64,000 nt of DNA, taken from assembly GCF_006345805.1 (NCBI RefSeq), contig NC_043022.1:24986001-25050000 (forward strand), read 5' to 3'. Below the pieces are notes generated by a model that saw only the letters and a list, made by a program, of their open reading frames with translations, was not told the origin of the DNA and did not search any database. Of this stretch, positions 12,000 to 23,380 are shown piece after piece. Each line of letters starts with the position of its first letter. Position 1 is the first letter of the stretch. A program made the position numbers and the translations under genes. The DNA is from Octopus sinensis (lineage: Eukaryota).

Positions 12000-13009
12000 A
12001 ACCACATGGTTCCGGGTTCAGTCCCACTGCGTGGCATCTTGGGCAAGTGTCTTCTGCTATAGCCCCGGCCGACCAATGCCTTGTGAGTGGATTTGATAAA
12101 CGGAAACTGAGAGAAGCCCGTCGTATATATGTATATATATATAATATGTGGCTGTGTGGTAAGTAGCTTGCTAACCAACCACATGGTTCCGTGTTCAGTC
12201 CCACTGCGTGGCATCTTGGGCAAGTGTCTTCTGCTATAGCCCCGGGCCAACCAATGCCTTGTGAGTGGATTTGGTAGACGGAAACTGAGAGAAGCCCGTC
12301 GTATATATGTATATATATATATGTGGCTGTGTGGTAAGTAGCTTGCTAACCAACCACATGGTTCCGGGTTCAGTCCCACTGTGTGGCATCTTGGGCAAGT
12401 GTCTTCTACTATAGCCTCGGGCCGACCAATGCCTTGTGAGTGGATTTGGTAGACGGAAACTGAGAGAAGCCTGTCGTACATATGTATATATATATATGTA
12501 TGTGTGTGTGTGTGTGTGTTTGTGTTTGTCCCCCTAGCATTGCTTGACAACCGATGCTCGTGTGTTTACGTCCTCGTCACTTAGCGGTTCGGCAAAAGAG
12601 ACCGATAGAATAAGTACTGGGCTTACAAAGAATAAGTCAAACAGCTATCGATAATTCAACCCAACCAGTTCCTACCAGGAAGAAATTACATTCGAGACTT
12701 TACCCCCAACACCGCCACTTCTGCTAATAGCTGCTGCAGCCGCAAGTTATTCGAATACTTTTTTGTTTACACTTTCTTTATAACTACCACCCCAAACGTT
12801 TTACCTTAAATTTTTGACGTACCCTAAGGGTCCTCGGACGCTACTTGCAAACTCTTGGTTTATTATAAACCGCTCTTGTCGTGTGCACCAAAAAACCTTT
12901 TCCATTCGTTTGTTCAGTTTGGTCACTTTTGACTTTTCGTTGCTCGACTAAAGGCGGTGCTCCAGCATGGCCGCAGTCAAATGATTGAAACAAGTAAAAG
13001 AGTAAAAGA
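12000..13009 (+). mobile_element. SINE family B: three tandem heads plus one tail, the tail split by a ~300-bp insert
   Basis: Head units at ~12000, 12147 and 12322 (175-bp period); tail at 12520-12638 resumes at ~12939. Confidence 0.85.
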
Positions 13010-13080
13010 GACAGGCATGTTTTCAAGGGGAATATAATTCCTGGATATATAGACGCTTTCCGATATCTACTTTTTTTTTT

Positions 13081-13545
13081 TATCAATTCAATTTTTATTG
13101 GCTCAAAAAGCAAAAGCAAGGCCAAGTAGGGAGACAGGGAGTTATGTACAGGGGGGGGTCATACAAAGAGTTCAGGCCATTTCTGGTCAAGAGAGACTTA
13201 GAACCGAGTGGTCGTCGGCATCTTCACTATCTCGTCCGACAGCTTATTCCACGGATCCGCAACCCGGACGGAGAAAGCCCCTCTCCTTCGATTGAGATGA
13301 AATCGTCGTAGATAGACCTTTTCGGAGTGACCCCGCAGCCGACGCTCTGGAGCAGGAGTGAAGAACAGCTCTTTCGAGAAGTTACACTTTCCGCTTATGA
13401 TGTTGAGCGGTCGTCGGCATCTTCACTATCTCGTCCGGCAGCTTATTCCACGGATCCGCAACCCGGACGGAGAAAGCCCCTCTCCTTCGATTGAGATGAA
13501 ATCGTCGTAGATAGAGCTTTTCGGAGTGACCCCGCAGCCCACGCT
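13081..13545 (-). mobile_element. CR1/L2-type LINE 3' end with a duplicated 141-bp segment
   Basis: Minus strand reads NIISGKCNFSKELFFTPAPERRLRGHSEKVYLRRFHLNRRRGAFSVRVADPWNKLSDEIVKMPTTTRF*VSLDQKW (RGH..FS.RV..WN.L..F..LD motif); 13206-13346 repeated at 13405-13545. Confidence 0.8.
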
Positions 13546-13950
13546 GATTCTATAAATCAGGGAAATGTCAGATGCTACTGGTAGTAATTTATACACGCCT
13601 ATACGTGTGTATAATAATAAAATTATTGTATACAGTGCTCGGGTGCACCACAACTTGTCAAAAGTGCGTATAAAGTATATGCAGTAATGTACAAATGTCT
13701 GGAAAGCGAACAGTGTATGAATCAGATACATGCTTGTGTGTGTATGGAGGGGAGAAAATCAGGTGCAGTGTTGGCGAATCTCAGGAAGCATGGAAGTTTT
13801 GAAGGATTCAGTGCTCCGACAACTAACAACTGATGCCGGCAGTCAAATTGAAAGGCGTGGCCTATAGGGCAAATTCCTCATCTTTAAAATGTGGTCCGAG
13901 TAGACTAGAATGAAATCGGGTTATAATACTATAACCCGATTATAATACTA

Positions 13951-14245
13951 GTCACATGACCGATCAGACTATCGGATGTTGCTACACATCGCTGGTCACA
14001 ATGCGCTTCGCATTGTTTAAGCCTTCAAATGACGTCACCCCGCTGGCTAAGCGAGCAGGCCAACAGAAGAAAGAGTGAGAGAAAGTTGCGGCGAAAGAGT
14101 ACAGCAGGGATCGCCACTACTCCCTGCCTCGTTGAGCTTTAGGTGTTTTTGCTCAATAAACATTCACAACGCCCGGTCTGGGAATTGAAACCGCGATCCT
14201 ACGACTGCGAGTCCGCTGCCCTAACCACTGGGCCATTGCGCCTCT
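13951..14245 (-). mobile_element. SINE family C
   Basis: Reverse complement of the 18642 copy. Confidence 0.92.
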
Positions 14246-14487
14246 ACTTATAATACTTGTATGTATCTAAAATCCTTTGTATCTCCGTCTGTTCCAAATG
14301 TATTCTCAAACAGCTCAACCAAATCAAATTAAATTTTACCTGGTAATACTATGAGACCCCAGGAGTGTCAACATGTAATTTTTTTTTGGTGGGGGGGGGA
14401 TTAATTTACGCTGCATACAAAAATACAGACCTACTATATACGGTACGTTATTAAACGCACACACACTTTTACATATACGTACCTGAA

Positions 14488-14907
14488 GGGCGGCGAGCTG
14501 GCAGAAACGTTAGCACGCCGGGCGAAATGCGTAGCTGTATTTCGTCTGCCGTTACGATCTGAGTTCAAATTCCACCGAGGTCGACTTTGCCTTTTATCCT
14601 TTCGGGGTCGATAAATTAAGTACCAGTTACGCACTGGTGTCGATGTAATCGACTTAATCCGTTTGTCTGTCCTTCTTTGTCCTCTCTGTGTTTAGCCCCT
14701 TGTGGGTAGTAAAGAAATACGTATTTTCATCTGCCGTTACGTTCTGAGTTCAAATTCCGCCGAGGTCGTTTTTGATTTTGCCTTTCATCCTTTCGGGGTT
14801 GATAAATTAAGTACAAGTTACGCACTGGGGTCGATGTAATCGACTTAATCCGTTTGTCTGTCCTTGTTTGTCCCGTCTATGTTTAGCCCCTTGTGGGTAG
14901 TAAAGAA
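14488..14907 (+). mobile_element. Dimeric SINE family A (full monomer plus 5'-truncated monomer)
   Basis: Second unit starts at ~14720; 16-bp TSD ACATATACGTACCTGA at 14471 and 14908 flanks the whole dimer. Confidence 0.92.
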
Positions 14908-15130
14908 ACATATACGTACCTGACGACTGACATGCGTGAAGTGTTAATACGAAATTTTGTTTTCATTTCCTTTAAAACAATACACATTTACTGTTCCGTT
15001 ACCAGTCAATAATTATCGCAACGGTTGCAAGGCAGGGAGGTAAAATATAAAATTCTTTGTTTCTCTGTACACCTGCTTCTATTTCGTTAATTTACTCTGC
15101 ATACAAAAATACAAACATACTATATCGGGG

Positions 15131-15476
15131 ACGGGGGACTCCCTTCGGTCACGACACTGACCATGGGATTGCACCTAGAAAGTTACCCTCCTAGTCACAA
15201 GTCTGGGCAAGGTTGTTTATGGAAGACCAGCAGTCGCCCATGCATACCGGCCTCCCATCTCTGTGCCACCGATGTTATCCAAAGGAAAGGCAAAGGGGTC
15301 GATACAGCTTGGCACCCGTGACGTCGCAACTCATTTCTACAGCTGAGTGAACTGGAGCAACGTGAAATAAAGTGTCTTGCTTAAGAATACAACACGCAGC
15401 CCGGTCCGAGATTCGAGCTCACAACCTCACGATCGTAAGCTCGACGCTCTAACCACTGAGCCATACGCCTTCACAC
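15131..15476 (-). mobile_element. SINE family D (CORE-like)
   Basis: Reverse complement of the copies at 25789 and 26229; tRNA-like head GGCGTATGGCTCAGTGGTTAGAGCG. Confidence 0.92.
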
Positions 15477-16142
15477 ATACTGTATACCGCGCGTTATTAA
15501 ACACACACACACACACACACAAACAAACACATCTACACATACATATGCATACTTGACGACTTGATATTTTTTTTATTAACCACACAGGGTCGAAACACAG
15601 AGGGGACAGCACAAAGTCAGACAAAACATAAAAGTGGGGGGAAAAATAAAATGGAATGAGAAGAATGGTAACGATAAATGAAAAGGTGGAATGACGTCTA
15701 CTCGAACCCCCAACGCTCCGGTTAACATCACTGAACGTTTTTAGAAAAAAAAATATTAACACGTGTTATTTTATTTTTGTCTCTTTCTCCTTGCTGCGTG
15801 TTGCTTGTATTAGATTCTCAGTGGACGGATTACCTCAGCGAAGCGCGGTTGCAAGGTAAATCATATAAATTCTTTGTCTCTCTGTAACAATTATTGTGGA
15901 ATTTACCGTTAAATTATCAGTTCTATATATGTGTAATTTCGTTCATTTGCTTATATTTCGTTAATTTATTCTGCATGCAAAAATATAGACTTACTATGTA
16001 CATACAACTGCTAACAAAAATAGAGATTCATGTATATTTTTTTCTATGTTCACAAGTTTTTGTTTATAATATTGAAAAAATATGCCACCAAAGAATAGAA
16101 CTAATCTCTCCAGAATCACGTATAAACTAATATATACTATTA

Positions 16143-16641
16143 CTAGCAGTATCGCCCGGCGTTGCTCGGGTTTGTAAGGGAAATAACTATATAAGCATTT
16201 TTAGAGAGTTATAGCCAAAAAATAGCAAAAAAATGCATTAAAAATGGAAAAAAATTATGGTAAATTTTTTTTTTAATCGTTGACTCATCGTAGACATTTT
16301 TAGAGAGTTACTTCCCTTATATAATAGCGAAAAAAATGCATTAAAATGGAAAAAAATGATGGTAATTTTTTTTTTAATCGTTGACTCATCGTAGACATTT
16401 TTAGAGAGTTACTTCCCTTATATAATAGCGAAAAAAATGCATTAAAATGGAAAAAAATGATGGTAATTTTTTTTTTAAATCGTAGACTCATCGTAGACGC
16501 GCGCTAATACCCAGAAGGGCTAGATATGAATCACGACTATAAGATACCCGGTTTTGGTTAAACTGCACCGCAAAATGTGGGAGTAGTTAGGAATCTAAAT
16601 CGTAGGAGACAGACACACAACTTCACTTTTATATATAAAGA
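16143..16641 (-). mobile_element. Non-autonomous Helitron with an internal ~100-bp triplication
   Basis: 5'-TC, hairpin CCCG..CGGG and CTAG-3', A|T insertion site; repeat units at 16196, 16295 and 16396. Confidence 0.82.
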
Positions 16642-17103
16642 TGTCAAACTTTGTTCCTGAACGGGAAATTTTTAATGTTATGACCTTATTTCGTCTCGGA
16701 AGAGATTTGGGAAATACGGGAAAGGGCCATTGACTGGTGTAGAAAATTTAGATTACTACCAAAACAAATTTGTTGTGGAGTGCCTTAGCTTGCATGCGTC
16801 TTACACATATACACTCTATTGTTTTATAGTTATTTCTGTTGTATATCACATCATAAAATGGGTGAAGGAAAGCGAGTGCACACCCGCTAACCCTAAAACT
16901 AACCCTAACCGGTGTGCGCAGTAAAAAATCTGATTAAAATCGATCAAGAATTTGCAAACGTCATTGTCGGGCCCCTCGTATCATTAATAATATCTGATAC
17001 AAGTTACCGCCACTTGTATCGTCCGACATGTTTGTTTATATTCGCGAGTGCCCGATTTCCGTGTTTTATTTTTTAGCATAAAATATTCTAAAATAGATGA
17101 ATC

Positions 17104-17524
17104 GGATCTTTTCGGTTTGAACAGCAGTTTTTAACATAATTTCTATGTAACTAAAAAATGTTAAACTTCGTATACTGGTAGAATGTGTTTATAAAACATC
17201 TTTTTCTCTTGGCTTTATTGAGAAAATTCTATAGTTTGTAAGATATTTGTTGTTGTTTTTTTCTTCAATTTCTGCAATTTCAACCAATCACTGACGTCCA
17301 TTGAGGTGAAAACATTCTGTGCCGTATGAATATGTCCCTCGTTTAAGAAACAGATTGGGTTTATTTACATTTGTGAAGAAAAAAAGATACCCTTCCCCCC
17401 ACCCCTAACTAACCCTACCCTAAAATAGATTGAAATGCAATAGATCGATACTGGGGTCATAATTATGGGTGACAATTTCATATGACACCGCTAGAAAAAA
17501 CTGCCGTTCAAACCGAAAAGATCC
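17104..17524 (+). mobile_element. ~420-bp MITE with an 8-bp TSD (Merlin- or hAT-like)
   Basis: ~29-bp TIR GGATCTTTTCGGTTTGAAC(A/G)GCAGTTTTT; TSD GATGAATC at 17096 and 17525. Confidence 0.9.
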
Positions 17525-17570
17525 GATGAATCTTCGTAATTTTTTGAATACTTCATTTATTTTGGATATA

Positions 17571-17711
17571 TAAGGTTGTCCCAAAAGTTCGTAGAAAGTC
17601 TTGGAAAATAAAGGTCTTTATTTTGAGGAATAATTTTTGTTGTTTTTGTTAGTACTTGGCGAGTAAAAATTAAATTTTCGCAAGTGTTTACGAACTTTTG
17701 GGACAACCTAA
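17571..17711. mobile_element. Tc1/mariner-type MITE
   Basis: 23-bp TIR AGGTTGTCCCAAAAGTTCGTA, with TA on both flanks. Confidence 0.85.
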
Positions 17712-18206
17712 TATTTCCCATTTTCATAATTTCTTATAGAAATTAGGCGTCATTTTCTTGGAGAGGTGTACTTCTAAAGAAGCGCCGAAACTAATAACAT
17801 GTGCTGCTCAAGCGGTGAGGTGAGATTGCCAGCACTATCAGCTTCTCAACCTCTTTCAACATTTCACTTCCCCGTTACCGTCTCCCACTGCAGCCCGTTT
17901 CCAGAATGTACCCACTTACGTACAATATCTCCATTACACCTCCATTCATTTGACTGTTAACCATACGATGGGTCGTGTTAGACGCAGTGCTGACCGCCTC
18001 AAAGGCGAGTATATCCTCTGACAGCTACCCCACCCCCAATTTTCCATGATCGGTTAGGGCGTGGAATCCTCAAACGGACGTATTACATGTCGATTAGTCG
18101 AATTAGACCATCATTTACTCCACGAACGTTTTGTCGTCAATGCTGTACTTTCCCGTATCACCTGTTTCAACATAACTGTAATATATATATATATATATAT
18201 ATATAT

Positions 18207-18609
18207 ATCAACAATCAAGGAACGGCCATAATAGGCCATTCACCCATGGGTGAATGGCCTATTATGGCCGTTCCTTGATTGTTGATGTTGAACTTAAAAA
18301 TGGTCTATGACTATTTAATTTTTTTCCCACTAGGCCGCTGGTGGCAAAAAAATTCTACAAAATTTTTTTTTGCCACCCTATATTGATTATATATATATAT
18401 ATATTATATATATATATATTATATATATATATCAACAATCAAGGAACGGCCATAATAGGCCATTCACCCATGGGTGAATGGCCTATTATGGCCGTTCCTT
18501 GATTGTTGATGTTGAACTTAAAAATGGTCTATGACTATTTAATTTTTTTCCCACTAGGCCGCTGGTGGCAAAAAAATTCTACAAAATTTTTTTTTGCCAC
18601 CCTATATTG

Positions 18610-18641
<32 letters not shown>
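18207..18641. repeat. Two tandem 224-bp units, each with a perfect 80-bp palindrome
   Basis: Palindromes at 18207-18286 and 18431-18510. Confidence 0.95.
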
Positions 18642-18644
<3 letters not shown>

Positions 18645-18937
18645 AGGCGCAATGGCCCAGTGGCCTCCAAGTTAAGCACTTGTAACCAGCGGACTCGCGG
18701 TCGTAGGATCGCGGTTTCGATTCTCAGACCGGGCGTTGTGAGTGTTTATTGAGCGAAAACACCTAAAAGCTCCACGAGGCTCCGGCAGGGGGTGGCGATC
18801 TCTGCTGTACTCTTTCACCACTCTTTCTCCCACTCTTTCTTCTGTTGGCCTGCTCGCTTAGCCAGCGGGGTGGCGTCATTCGAAGGCTAAAACAATGCGA
18901 ACGCATTGTGATCAGCGATGGTCTGGTCGGTCATGTG
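18642..18937 (+). mobile_element. SINE family C
   Basis: GGAGGCGCAATGGCCCAGTGG head and GGTTTCGATTC B-box. Confidence 0.9.
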
Positions 18938-19211
18938 ATATATATATAAACTATAAACAAACCCCAACTCTCAGCCGAACCCACACCCCACCCGTGCTTT
19001 CCCCACTCTCGCCTCACCACCTCCCAACAACATCACACCACCCACACACCCATCCCCACATCTTCACACCTAAACATACATACACGCACACGTCCAGACC
19101 ACCAGCCCTCTTTCACACGCACATACATACTCTCTTATTTACACACACATCTTCGTGTTGGGGGTCATCTTTACTATGTTATCTCCCCTACTTTCCTTCT
19201 CGTGTGTGACC

Positions 19212-19422
19212 CTTATGTCCGAGTCGGACGCCATGATAGATCGTTAGCCACTACACACATTTTTTTCTCTCCTTGTTTTTTCTGTGTCCCTTTCTGTAGA
19301 AGAGCGTGGGCTCGAAACGTAAAAGACTTTTTCTATTCCTGAGCGTTATACTTATACATCTGTTTCTTTTGTACACCACCTGTCTTCGTCTTTTGTTTTT
19401 TTCGTAAACTCTCCCTATATAA
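19212..19422 (+). mobile_element. Penelope-like element tail with a degenerate minimal hammerhead motif
   Basis: CTGTAGA-AGAGC-GTGG-GCTC-GAAAC-GTA; near-identical 200-bp copy at 57489. Confidence 0.65.
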
Positions 19423-19477
19423 ACAAGCTATACCATTTTAATCCCGAGCAACGTCGGGTATCTCTGCTAGTATACAC

Positions 19478-19520
<43 letters not shown>

Positions 19521-19702
19521 TACATACATCTATATGTATGAAAGACAGAGGATGGAATATACGAGAATATATTATAAATCACAAAAATTGTTTCGACACA
19601 TCTAGCATCGACTCCTCTTGTGGGACACACAAAAACTGGTTCAGGAGTATCCGGTGGTGCAGACGTGTTTCGTCGGGTAATAAATAAATGAAAAAACTCT
19701 CA

Positions 19703-19749
<47 letters not shown>

Positions 19750-19785
19750 CAATATCACTTTTAATTTGTCTTAAGCACCTGTAAC

Positions 19786-20018
19786 CGCGATAGCTGGCAG
19801 AATCGTTAGCACGCCTGGCGAAATGCTTAGCGGAATTTCGTCTGCCGTTACGTTCTGAGTTCAAATTCTGCCGAGGTCGACTTTGCCTTGCATCCTTTCG
19901 GGGTCGATTAAATAAGTACCAGTTACGCACTGGAGTCGATATAATCGACTTAATACGTTTGTCTGTCCTTGTTTGTTCTCTCTGTGTTTAGCCCCTTGCG
20001 AGTAGTAAAGAAATAGGT
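19786..20018 (+). mobile_element. SINE family A
   Basis: Conserved head and core. Confidence 0.9.
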
Positions 20019-20364
20019 ATTTTGTCTAAGGGTTATCCCCTAAATAACATAATTTAAAAAAAAACGGTATACTTGTAAGCTTGGCGAAATAAAATCGCCT
20101 TCGAAGTGGACGAGACATGCAAATATCAATATATTGCAGTTCTTTTTTCTTTTCTTCTACGCATCAGTGTTGTATACCCGCTCCACTTTCGGACCGAGTA
20201 CATAATCACCACCAAGAAGTTTGTATACAAATAACATAAATTTTATTTGCTTTTGTGAAAAGTGTTACACAGGTAAGACGAAATTCAAATTTTCTATTAC
20301 AAGCAGCTCAGTAATATTTTATACTTAATATACGTGTATTTTTATACGCTTGTCTAAAACTTAC

Positions 20365-20612
20365 GAGCAGGAGTCATCATCATTCATCATTGTTCGACCG
20401 TGGTCGAGACAATGGAATTTACTATGTTACGCCAGACTTCACGGTCCATCATGGCATTACGGAGGTCCTGTTGCTGGATGCCTGTATCCCTGGAGATTAC
20501 ATCAGAGTAGGAGAGTGTGCGCCCTCTGGTATCGTGAGCAGATGGCTTCCAGAGGAGAAGAGTAGAAATTACCTCGTTTTCAGCTCTACAACAATGTCCA
20601 GCAAACTTTGCT
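20365..20612 (-). mobile_element. RTE-type LINE 3' fragment
   Basis: FAGHCCRAENEVISTLLLWKP..DLRNAMMDREVWRNIV..VEQ* with a (TGA)n tail; homologous to 24503-24897. Confidence 0.85.
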
Positions 20613-20710
20613 CTTATATCAGATACAATTGCATGAACCACAACCCTACTTCCCAGAAAATCATTGGTGCCTAAGGTAACGCTAAAAGGGCGGAGTTCAC
20701 TAGACGCAAC

Positions 20711-21111
20711 GGATCTTTTCGGCAGTTTATAACATAATTTCTAGGTAACTAAAAAATTTTAAACTTCGTATACTGGTAGAATGTGTTTATAAAACATCTT
20801 TTTCTCTTAGCTTTATTGAGAAAATTCTATAGTTTGTAAGATATTTGTTGTTTTTTCTTCAATTTCTGCAATTTCAACCAATCACTGACGTGTGTTGAGG
20901 TAAAAAAAACATTCTGTGCCGTATGAATATTGGGTTTATTTACATTTGTGAAGAAAAAAAGATACCCTTCCCCCACCCCTAACCCTAACTCTAACTAACC
21001 CTAACCCTAAAACAGATTGAAATGCAATAGATCGATACTAGGGTCATAATTATGGGTGACAATTTCATATGACACCACTAGAAAAAACTGCCATTCAAAC
21101 CGAAAAGATCC
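20711..21111 (+). mobile_element. MITE (same family as 17104)
   Basis: TIRs present; 8-bp TSD GACGCAAC at 20703 and 21112; internal CCCTAA repeats. Confidence 0.9.
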
Positions 21112-21290
21112 GACGCAACTGGCAAGGTACCATCACCTCATTCTCTTGAGACCTGTTCAAAACTAGTAAATTCTTTCACGAACTTGAGATTAGTATAGTA
21201 TCTACAAAGGCATGTTAAGCTTCATGTTGCTAAAAGCTTGAGAAGAGCTCAATGACGAGGCTATAGGCGAAAACAAACGATAGCTGGTGC

Positions 21291-21694
21291 GGATCTTTTC
21301 GGTCTGAACGGCAGTTTTTTTCTAGCGGTGTCATATGAGATTGTCACCCATATTTATGACCCCAGTATCGATCTATTGCATTTCAATCTCTTTTAGGCGT
21401 AGGGGGAAGGGTATCTTTTTCTTCACAAATGTAAATAAACCCAATCTGTTTTTTAAACGAGGGACATATTCATACGGCACAGAATGTTTTCACCTCAATA
21501 GACGTCATTGATTGGTTAAAATTGCAAAAATTGAAGAAAAAGCAACAACAAATATCTTACAACCTATAGAATTTTCTCAATAAAGACAAGAGAAAAATAT
21601 GTTTTATAAACACATTCTACCAGTATACGAAGTTTAAAAGTGTTTAGTTACCTAGAAATTATGTTAAAAACTGCCGTTCAAACCGAAAAGATCC
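21291..21694 (-). mobile_element. MITE (same family), inverted copy
   Basis: Both TIRs present and interior reverse-complementary to 17104; no TSD evident. Confidence 0.88.
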
Positions 21695-21759
21695 TAAACG
21701 CCGACTTAGAGATACTAAGAATCAGTGAACTAGACAGAGTACAAAATGTGTGTAAAGCC

Positions 21760-21868
21760 AAGATAAAAATATGTTTTATAAACACATTCTACCAGTATAC
21801 GAAGTTTAAAAGTGTTTAGTTACGTGGAAATTATTTTTAAAAAACTGCCGTTCAAACCGAAAAGATCC
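21760..21868 (-). mobile_element. Partial MITE end
   Basis: Repeats ~21590-21694, including the TIR. Confidence 0.8.
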
Positions 21869-22378
21869 AAATCAAGTTTTAAATTGATCCACTGCGTAAA
21901 TTCTTTCGGTGGTATTCGTGGCCAACCGATTTCCCAGTTCAAGGAAATAAAATCAGCCGAAGTCTTCAGGCGCAATTCCCACTAAAAATAGCATTTCGAA
22001 TACAACAGGACCCACAGGGTGTTTGTGTGTTGGTTGCTTAAGTGAATTTTTTTGCAGCTATTTTAGAAACAGCAACGAGAATATTTTTTTAAAGGATTTC
22101 TCATCTATAATAATAAACACGAAATTAGTCTTGTCCACCCGGGGACCACTGTATCTCAGTTGACATTTACTCTACATAGACATATTATATCTTTTTGGAA
22201 CCAGAATGATCCCGGGATTGAATACCTGTTCTTCGTTTGGTTCTTGAACATACAGCATTGGAGATCAGGTCTGGATGAGGATATGCTATGTGTTAACCGT
22301 TGAAAATTCAAAGTTTAAAAGAACCCCCAAAATTTGTGAACTTACAAACGTTTCATTTGCACTTCATTTAAAGTAATA

Positions 22379-22535
22379 CCATATCGTTTGGGTACCACAA
22401 AATGCTTTATTATAACTGCTCTCCTCAGTTGTGGGTCGCAGGACCAATTGACCCTCCATATCGTTTGGGTACCACAAAATGCTTTGTTATAACTGCTCTC
22501 CTTAGTTGTGGGCCGCAGGACCAATTGACCCTCCA
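22379..22535. repeat. 77-bp tandem repeat, 2 copies
   Basis: CCATATCGTTTGGGTACC.. at 22379 and 22456. Confidence 0.95.
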
Positions 22536-22583
22536 CAGGAGCTAGCGTACAGGTCTGTATGGAGTGCGGCTATTAAACTAGTA

Positions 22584-23190
22584 TTCCTTTACTTGTTTCA
22601 GTCATTTGACTGTGGCCCTACTGAAGAACCACCTTAAAGTGTTTTTGTCCAAGAAATCGACCCCAGGACTTAATTTTTGTAAGCCTTAATTTTTGTAAGC
22701 CCTTATTCTATGGCTGTCTTTTTGCCGAACCGCTAAGTTACGGGGACATAAGCACACCAACATTGGTTGTCAAGCGATAGTGGGGGACAAACACACACAC
22801 ACGGACAAACACACACACACACACACACACAACACACACACACACGACACGTTTCTTTCAGTTTCTGTCTACCAAATCCACTCAGAAGGTTTTGGCCGGC
22901 CGGAATCTATAGTAGAAGACACCTCCCCAAGGTGCCACGCAGTGAAGCCCTTATTCTATGGCTCTCTTTTTGCCGAACCGTTAAGTTACGGGGACATAAA
23001 CACACCAACATTGGTTGGCAAGCGATAGTGGGGGACAGACACACACACACGACACGTTTCTTTCAGTTTGTGTCTACCAAATCCACTCAGGTTTTGGCCG
23101 GCCTGAATCTATAGTAGAAGACACCTGCCCAAGGAGCCACGCAGTGGGACTGAACCCAGATCCATGTGGTTGGAAAGCACACCGCTGCAC
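22584..23190 (-). mobile_element. SINE family B, tandem dimer
   Basis: Tail-to-head reverse complement, with the internal block repeated from ~22945. Confidence 0.85.
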
Positions 23191-23380
23191 CTGTTGCTTA
23201 CACATATTTCCAGATGCTTATACAGTAGAATCTTGTGTAATTTTTTCTGTCTGATGTGTTGTCTGTGGATACTTTCACGTTGTCAAAAAGAACTGTTGGT
23301 TTCACCTATATACTTTTCCTTGCAATTGGGGCAGCTTATGCTGTATAGGAGTTTCTCTGTCTTGCAATTCATATTTGCTA

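Noticed and set aside
12000-12500. Repeat array as a possible CRISPR
   Set aside because: Eukaryotic SINE tandem; no repeat-spacer architecture and no cas genes
18642-18725. tRNA-like sequences (SINE heads throughout the window)
   Set aside because: They continue into SINE bodies and lack a complete cloverleaf and Pol III terminator
22108-22250. Helitron-like 5' end A|TCTATAATAATAAA
   Set aside because: No matching hairpin-CTAG 3' end found
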